A stretch of 64,000 bases of DNA from an uncultured Verrucomicrobiota bacterium (GTDB taxonomy: Bacteria; Verrucomicrobiota; Verrucomicrobiia; Limisphaerales; UBA1319), in contig CAZIDG010000001.1 of the NCBI GenBank assembly GCA_964538065.1, positions 9,998-73,997 of the forward strand, read 5' to 3'. Positions 58,359-64,000 of this stretch are shown here, piece by piece (within the stretch, counting starts at the first letter, position 1; each line of letters begins with the position of its first letter). Both the position numbers and the translations under genes were made by a program. The notes below the pieces were generated by a model, which ran no database searches, was not told the origin of the DNA, and worked only from the letters and a program-made list of their open reading frames with translations.

Positions 58359-59825
58359 ATGAGCACGAACACGAAGGGAGTGTCATGTCGCGACGTGGCC
58401 CGGATGCCACGCCGCCAGTTTCTTAAAAGCAGTGCGGCAGCGGCGGGCCTTCTGGGCATGCCGTGGATAGTAACCTCTTCCGCCCTGGGTGCCGATGGGG
58501 CGGTATCGCCCAGCAATCGCATCAATGTGGCACTCATCGGCCATGGGGCGATGGGTCGGGGACATTTACACCGATTGGCGGGCGATCCCCAAATCCAAGT
58601 CATGGCTGTGTGCGATCCCGACCGTGAACGACGCGACGCAGGGCGCGAGTTGGTGGAGCAACGCTACGCGTCGGCCATGGCCAGCGGCGCCTACAAAGGG
58701 TGCGCTGCCTATAATGACTTCCGTGATGTCCTGGCGCGATCCGATATCGACGCCGTGGTCATTGCCACGCCTGATCACTGGCATTCCTTGCTGGCGATTG
58801 AGGCTGCGAAGGCTGGCAAGGACATCTACTGCGAAAAACCGGTATCAGTCACAATCGAAGAAAGTCGGCGCGTGGTGCAGGCTGTGACCCGCTATGGACG
58901 TGTGTTTCAGACTGGGACGCAATACCGGTCCAACACTGTGATTCGGCAGGTGACTCAATTTGTGAGGAAGGGGGGACTGGGGAAGGTGAAGTCCGTCTTT
59001 ACTCTTTTGAATAACCTGGGTGGCTGGATCAACAGCGATCGTGCCAGCCCATTTGCCAGCGTCCTGAACCCAGAGCGGTGTGGACGATCCTATGTGCCAA
59101 TGGATTTTGCGCTGCCGGCCGATCCCGTGCCTGAGGGATTGGATTGGGACATGTGGGTGGGGCCTGCACCCTGGCGGGACTACAACCGTCTCTACCACAT
59201 CAATCCCTCACCAGGCGTCGTGCCCTGGTCATTCTGTGATGCTTTTGGTGTGACCTCATCCACCTGGTTTTTGTCCCACGCGGCGGATGTCATCCAGTAT
59301 GCCCTGGGGGTGGAGCGTTCGGGACCGGTGGAGATCATCCATCCTTCATCCGGTGATTTTCCAACGCTGACTTTCCGCTATGCCAGCGGGACACTGCTTC
59401 ATTTTGTGGATCATTGGGGCATGGTGAAGGAGCTTTACCATGCAGTGCCGGCCGACGCCCGGTTGGAGGGCAATTTTGGCGGAGTCTTTGTGGGCGAGAG
59501 GGGATGGATGACCAGCATGAGCGTCGGGGGACCCATCGAAGGCGCGCCGGATGATTTGTTCAGGGAAATGGGCCTCGAGAAAAGGGACGTGAATGTGGGC
59601 TCAAACAATCATCACGCCAATTGGTTTGAATGTATTCGCACACGTCAAAAGCCAAGCTGTGACGAGGAATTGGGACACCGCACAGCCACGATAGGACACC
59701 TGACCAACATCGCCTTCTGGACGGGGCGTTCTCTTAAGTGGGACCCTGCCCGTGAGGAATTTTCCGGGTGCGAGGCGGCCAATCGTTTGCGTTCACGAGC
59801 CATGCGCGCTCCCTGGGGGATGTAA
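58359..59825 (+). CDS. Gfo/Idh/MocA-family oxidoreductase with a twin-arginine signal
   Basis: RRQFLKSSAAAAGLLGMP (TAT motif), VALIGHGAMGRGH (Rossmann), DAVVIATPDHWH and YCEKP. Confidence 0.85.
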   Translation: MSTNTKGVSCRDVARMPRRQFLKSSAAAAGLLGMPWIVTSSALGADGAVSPSNRINVALIGHGAMGRGHLHRLAGDPQIQVMAVCDPDRERRDAGRELVEQRYASAMASGAYKGCAAYNDFRDVLARSDIDAVVIATPDHWHSLLAIEAAKAGKDIYCEKPVSVTIEESRRVVQAVTRYGRVFQTGTQYRSNTVIRQVTQFVRKGGLGKVKSVFTLLNNLGGWINSDRASPFASVLNPERCGRSYVPMDFALPADPVPEGLDWDMWVGPAPWRDYNRLYHINPSPGVVPWSFCDAFGVTSSTWFLSHAADVIQYALGVERSGPVEIIHPSSGDFPTLTFRYASGTLLHFVDHWGMVKELYHAVPADARLEGNFGGVFVGERGWMTSMSVGGPIEGAPDDLFREMGLEKRDVNVGSNNHHANWFECIRTRQKPSCDEELGHRTATIGHLTNIAFWTGRSLKWDPAREEFSGCEAANRLRSRAMRAPWGM

Positions 59826-59829
59826 AACC

Positions 59830-61482
59830 ATGCATACCATTCATTCATTCTCGAAACAGCAGGTGGCTTTGGCGCTGGCCATGCTCTTGTATGGATTGTT
59901 GGGACGAGTCGGTGCGCAAACCGGATCGGAAGGGATATCGGCAGAGGACATGCAGCGAATCCAGCAGGCGTTGCCCTCGCGCGCGCCTGCTGTCCCGAAA
60001 AAGGCACGGACATTGCTCATCTATGATTCGAATGTGAACTATGGAGGCCATGGGTCGATTCGTTATGCCAATTACGCTTTTACGGCGATGGGACTCAAGA
60101 CCGGCGCCTTCAAAACGGTTGTGAGTCATGATCCGGCCGTTTTTCGTCCTGAATCGCTGCGGCAGTACGATGCCGTCTTTTTCAACAACAACGTGGGCAA
60201 TCTTTTTACCGACCCGGCTTTGCGGGAGAGCCTCGCCCAGTTTGTGTATGCCGGCGGCGGGCTCATGGGCGTGCATGGAACCGCGGTGGCCTTCACTCAG
60301 TGGCCGGGGGGCACGGAGGATTGGCCTGAATTCGGACTCATGATCGGAGGACGTGGGGCGAATCATCGCGATGCCGATGAGCCGGTGTGTATGAAACTCG
60401 ATGATCCCACTCACCCGGTGAACCGGGTATTCGAAGGGAAGGGGTTTTTTTTTCGTGACGAATATTTTCGGGTGCATGATCCCTATTCCCGCGGAAAACT
60501 GCGGGTGCTTCTGAGCATGGACACCTCCAAAACTGATGTAAACCAGGGCCAGGCGCGGGGGAGTTGTTATCGGGATGATAACGATTATGGGGTGGCATGG
60601 GTTCGCGGACATGGGCGGGGAAGGACCTTTTATTGCACCATCGCGCATAATCCCTATGTCTTTTGGGACCCCGTCATGCTGCAGTTTTACCTCAGTGCAG
60701 CGCAGTTTGTTCTCGGTGACCTGGAAGGGGGAGTCATTCCCAGTGCCCGCCTGACCCCTGCCATCATGGCGCAGGAAAAATTGGGATGGCGCGTTGGGTT
60801 GGCGTCCAGCGCTTCGGCTCAAACAACCCTGTTTGATACGGCCGAACAAGCTCGAAAGATGGGCCTGGCTTATCTGACAGCATCCTCCAGCCAGGCTGTT
60901 GGGAAGAGTGTTTCAAAGACGTTTGCCCAGGAGTTGAATGCGGATGAATTTCGGCCATTGCGGCTTGGCCTCGACGGAGTCGGAGTCCGCCTGTTGGTTC
61001 TGGATGGAGGGGTGTTGCCCAAGGACCAAACAAAATGCCGCGAACTGTTTGCGTCTGCCCGCCGGTTGGGAACCGAGGTGGTTGTGTGTGACTTGAAGGG
61101 ATCGGATATGGATCTCGTCGAAAAATGCGCCGTGGAGAACGACCTCAAGGTGGCCCTATGTGGCAAGCCCAGTCGTGTTGCCAAGGCCCTGGTAAACCGC
61201 GATGGCCGCATGGGGGCGATGGCCGACATCGATGCCTGGCAGAAGGGGGGCGTCGATCCTGTGAAGGCCATGAATACGCTTCATGGCAGGGTGGTGGCTG
61301 TACGGTTGTCATCGGACAAACAACAGGAAGAGAATGCGGGGGCCATCCTGCGGATCATGCATCAATCGAATGCGACGCCAGTTGTCATTGCCGTGAAATC
61401 GGGAAGCATGGATGTCATGCATACAGTGGATTATCTGAATCAATTAAGCCTGCGTCTGGTCGATCAGACGCCCAAGAAATAG
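59830..61482 (+). CDS. secreted ThuA-domain protein fused to a C-terminal region resembling a xylose-isomerase-like TIM barrel
   Basis: ATG 59830 lies 5 nt after the upstream stop. Signal-like MHTIHSFSKQQVALALAMLLYGLL. The ThuA-like part is TLLIYDSN..YDAVFFNN..GGGLMGVHG..CTIAHN. The C-terminal half is assigned only tentatively. Confidence 0.65.
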   Translation: MHTIHSFSKQQVALALAMLLYGLLGRVGAQTGSEGISAEDMQRIQQALPSRAPAVPKKARTLLIYDSNVNYGGHGSIRYANYAFTAMGLKTGAFKTVVSHDPAVFRPESLRQYDAVFFNNNVGNLFTDPALRESLAQFVYAGGGLMGVHGTAVAFTQWPGGTEDWPEFGLMIGGRGANHRDADEPVCMKLDDPTHPVNRVFEGKGFFFRDEYFRVHDPYSRGKLRVLLSMDTSKTDVNQGQARGSCYRDDNDYGVAWVRGHGRGRTFYCTIAHNPYVFWDPVMLQFYLSAAQFVLGDLEGGVIPSARLTPAIMAQEKLGWRVGLASSASAQTTLFDTAEQARKMGLAYLTASSSQAVGKSVSKTFAQELNADEFRPLRLGLDGVGVRLLVLDGGVLPKDQTKCRELFASARRLGTEVVVCDLKGSDMDLVEKCAVENDLKVALCGKPSRVAKALVNRDGRMGAMADIDAWQKGGVDPVKAMNTLHGRVVAVRLSSDKQQEENAGAILRIMHQSNATPVVIAVKSGSMDVMHTVDYLNQLSLRLVDQTPKK

Positions 61483-61484
61483 CT

Positions 61485-62201
61485 ATGAACACCCAGAATG
61501 TTGAGCAGCTCTGCGCTGTGCTCCGTTCCTACGATGTCAATTCATCGCGGGCTGCATTGATGGATTTGGACGATGCCGTGGCTCATGCCTCGGGGGATGA
61601 GGCGATGCGATCAACCCTTGAGAAGGAACTTGGCGCGATTCTGCGCCAGAGCAACAGCAGCATGGAGGCCCAGTTGTATGCCTGTGCCAAATTGGCCATG
61701 GTGGGGGGTGTCGAATCTGTGGGAGTCCTCATTGAACAATTAAGAGACCCCCACCTGTGTCATGCGGCATGCAATGCTTTGCAGGCCATGCATAGTCCAG
61801 AGGCATTCAAGGCTTTGCTCCAGGAACTGAAAAAGAATCCCGGAATTCAAAAAACGCAGATTGTTCGCGCCATAGCAGCATGGGGTGACCCTGGTTGCTT
61901 GGATGCCTTATCGAACCTGTTGGATGACAAGGATCTTGCCATGGTGCGTGCCGCAGCTCAGGGCGTAGGCGCCGTGGGTACGGCCAAGGCCGCCAAGGTG
62001 CTTGCAAAACGTTTGGCTACTGGGCGTGTGGAGACAAAAGCATGCCTGGCTGATGCCTGTCTCGCCTGTGCTGAAAGCCTCGAACGCAAAGGCGAGTCGG
62101 TGGCCAGCCAAAATCTCTATCATGCCGTGTGCCAGGCGGATGTCCCTCCTTATATCCAGGCTGCCGCTCGCAGTCGTTGCCAGGCATCCAAAAGAGCTTG
62201 A
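61485..62201 (+). CDS. HEAT-repeat protein
   Basis: ATG 61485 lies 2 nt after the upstream stop. It has repeated alpha-helical A..AL..IG/..A...L...L.D motifs (LIEQLRDPHLCHAACNALQAM, LSNLLDDKDLAMVRAAAQGVGAVG). Confidence 0.6.
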   Translation: MNTQNVEQLCAVLRSYDVNSSRAALMDLDDAVAHASGDEAMRSTLEKELGAILRQSNSSMEAQLYACAKLAMVGGVESVGVLIEQLRDPHLCHAACNALQAMHSPEAFKALLQELKKNPGIQKTQIVRAIAAWGDPGCLDALSNLLDDKDLAMVRAAAQGVGAVGTAKAAKVLAKRLATGRVETKACLADACLACAESLERKGESVASQNLYHAVCQADVPPYIQAAARSRCQASKRA

Positions 62202-62277
62202 TATCTGGGTTGGACTTTTTAGGATGGACCGTTCAAATTTAAGTAAGAACGAAAAGAAAAAGTAAGACTAAAGTACT

Positions 62278-62835
62278 ATGGCAACAGCAAACGACCTTCG
62301 CAAAGGCATGGCGATCAATTACAACGGCGATATCGCAGTTGTGCTGGACTCTCAGCATCGCACGCCGGGGAACCTGCGCGCCTTTGTCCAGGCCACCATT
62401 CGCAGCATTCGCACGGGCAAGTCATCGGATATCCGTTTTAGTTCAACGGAACGCATTGACGTTGTTCCTCTTACAACTCGCAAGATGGAATACAGCTACA
62501 AGGATGGTGCTGATTTCGTATTCACCGATCCCGAGACCTTTGAAACGGTGACCTTGAGCGCTGAGTTGGTGGGCGATGACAAGAATTACCTCACCGAAAA
62601 TGCCACGGTGACCGTGACTTTCGTGGAAGAAAAGGTGGTGTCGATTGAATTGCCATCGGCGGTTGTATTGACGGTGACGGATGCTCCTGAGGGCATTCGT
62701 GGTGATTCCGCCAACAACGTCCAGAAGCCAGTGACCCTGGAAACAGGCATCACGGTTCAGGTGCCCTTGTTCATCAAGACCGGCGAGAAGATCAAAATCG
62801 ATACGCGCACCGGCAAGTACATGGAACGCGCTTAA
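62278..62835 (+). CDS. efp: elongation factor P with a non-canonical loop tip
   Basis: MATANDLRKGMAINYNGD..VQVPLFIKTGEKIKIDTRTGKYMERA is collinear with E. coli EF-P. The loop reads RTPGNLRAF where E. coli has VKPGKGQAF. Confidence 0.9.
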   Translation: MATANDLRKGMAINYNGDIAVVLDSQHRTPGNLRAFVQATIRSIRTGKSSDIRFSSTERIDVVPLTTRKMEYSYKDGADFVFTDPETFETVTLSAELVGDDKNYLTENATVTVTFVEEKVVSIELPSAVVLTVTDAPEGIRGDSANNVQKPVTLETGITVQVPLFIKTGEKIKIDTRTGKYMERA

Positions 62836-62861
62836 GGGGGTTTGTTAGGGGGGAATCAAGC

Positions 62862-63992
62862 ATGAGTGTCCATCCACGTCTTGCTGGTCTGGCTGCGACC
62901 TTGAAAAAGCAAGCCGGCCAGTTGGCCAAATCGAGTGTGGTTGCGGGTTTCGATGGTTTTGTCGATGAAATCATCTCGGTCGTCCAGGAGCGCAAGGGAC
63001 TGGAGGACTGGACACCCATGCGGCAGATTGAAGCTTTCGGCCAGTGGATTACCGCTGCCGCCGGCCGCAGTAGTTTAAGGGAAATTGTGGTGCACCGGGC
63101 TGATCCAGGCGGGTGCACCGTCAATTTAGGGGATGGATTGGCATCGTTGGGGGTGGCTCTCGATTGTTTTGCAACACTCGGTCAGCCACGCCATTCTGCT
63201 TTTGACGCCTTTGCAGGGAAATGCCGCAGTTGCCATTCCTGGGGACGGGAGCCTGGACGGACGCTGGCCTTTGAGTTTGCCGACGGCAAATTGATGTTCA
63301 GCGCGGTGAAGCAGCTGGCCGACTTCGATACTGCTTTGCTGGACCGCACCCTTGCCGATGGTGTCTATGCACAGGCGTGCGCCCGTGCCGGCATCATTGC
63401 GCTTACTGATTGGACGCTCTACCCACACATGACCGATTGTTGGCGCAAGCTCCAAACGGAAGTGTATTCCAAGCTAACCCATCGACCGTTCTTCTATCTT
63501 GATTTAGTCGATCCCACCAGTCGTTCGGAAGCAGATATCCGGAATATGCTGGATACGCTGCGTGGCCTTGAAGCGCATGGTCCCACCGTGCTGGGATTGA
63601 ATGGGAATGAGGCCAATGTGCTTTCCCGTGTGCTTGGCATGCCTGCTGTGGCGGAAGACGTTGATGCTTTGCGTGAACAGGCAGCTGGCTTGCGCAAGGC
63701 CTTGGGCATCAGCCAGGTGGTCACTCATTGTGTCAAGGTTGCCGTCAGTGCCGTCGATAATACAACGGTGGGGATCGTGGGGCCATTCTGTGCCAAGCCC
63801 AAGAAAAGTACGGGGGCAGGAGACCGCTTTAACGCAGGTTACTGTGGGGGATTGCTTTTGGGGCTTGATTCCGAGGCTTGCCTCTTGCTTGGAGCTGCAT
63901 CATCAGGCTTCTTCGTTCGGCAAGCTCGCAGTGCCTCCGCAGAGGAGCTCGCTGCCTTTATCGAGGATTGGGATAAGGCCCGTCTTTCCTAA
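62862..63992 (+). CDS. PfkB/ribokinase-like carbohydrate kinase family protein
   Basis: GFDGFVDEII N-terminal motif and the C-terminal TGAGDRFNAGY anion-hole/catalytic motif. Confidence 0.65.
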   Translation: MSVHPRLAGLAATLKKQAGQLAKSSVVAGFDGFVDEIISVVQERKGLEDWTPMRQIEAFGQWITAAAGRSSLREIVVHRADPGGCTVNLGDGLASLGVALDCFATLGQPRHSAFDAFAGKCRSCHSWGREPGRTLAFEFADGKLMFSAVKQLADFDTALLDRTLADGVYAQACARAGIIALTDWTLYPHMTDCWRKLQTEVYSKLTHRPFFYLDLVDPTSRSEADIRNMLDTLRGLEAHGPTVLGLNGNEANVLSRVLGMPAVAEDVDALREQAAGLRKALGISQVVTHCVKVAVSAVDNTTVGIVGPFCAKPKKSTGAGDRFNAGYCGGLLLGLDSEACLLLGAASSGFFVRQARSASAEELAAFIEDWDKARLS

Positions 63993-64000
63993 GGCATCGT

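Noticed and set aside
59752-59829. N-terminal extensions of the ThuA-fusion ORF (59752) and the HEAT-repeat ORF (61125)
   Set aside because: The extensions overlap the preceding genes by 74 and 358 nt and have shadow-like composition. In-frame ATGs at 59830 and 61485 lie immediately after the upstream stops and give sensible N-termini.

Overview
Dense chromosomal segment with about 50 CDS on both strands. I saw no rRNA, tRNA, CRISPR array, transposase, integrase or recognisable defence gene. Housekeeping genes are purM, infA, eno, parC/parE-like topoisomerase IV, galU, hemW, fabI, rsmH, hemB, carA, efp, ilvA-like and a NifS/Mrp/DUF59 operon. They are interleaved with secreted, glycan-active and surface proteins: GH127-like, sialate O-acetylesterase, BNR sialidase-like, TAT-signal Gfo/Idh/MocA, ThuA, tandem LamG, LVIVD propeller and a 1793-aa Ig-rich giant protein. 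A DUF1559 prepilin-like protein and this gene mix suggest a PVC-superphylum (Verrucomicrobiota-like) genome; that is inference only. I found no clear-cut novel system. The best leads are: (1) an Fe-S operon whose desulfurase-like protein has Arg at the PLP-lysine position and whose Mrp-like partner lacks the CxxC motif. (2) An orphan, possibly Sec-exported Hcp1-family protein followed by an unassigned-repeat protein. (3) A C-terminal tail ending [FY][FY]RL shared by five secreted proteins. (4) An uncharacterised three-gene membrane operon containing a DUF2330-like protein. (5) Tandem LamG paralogues whose promoter, long 5' leader and terminator were co-duplicated. (6) An EF-P with Asn at the loop-tip position. 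All family calls rest on motif recognition from memory; no searches were run.
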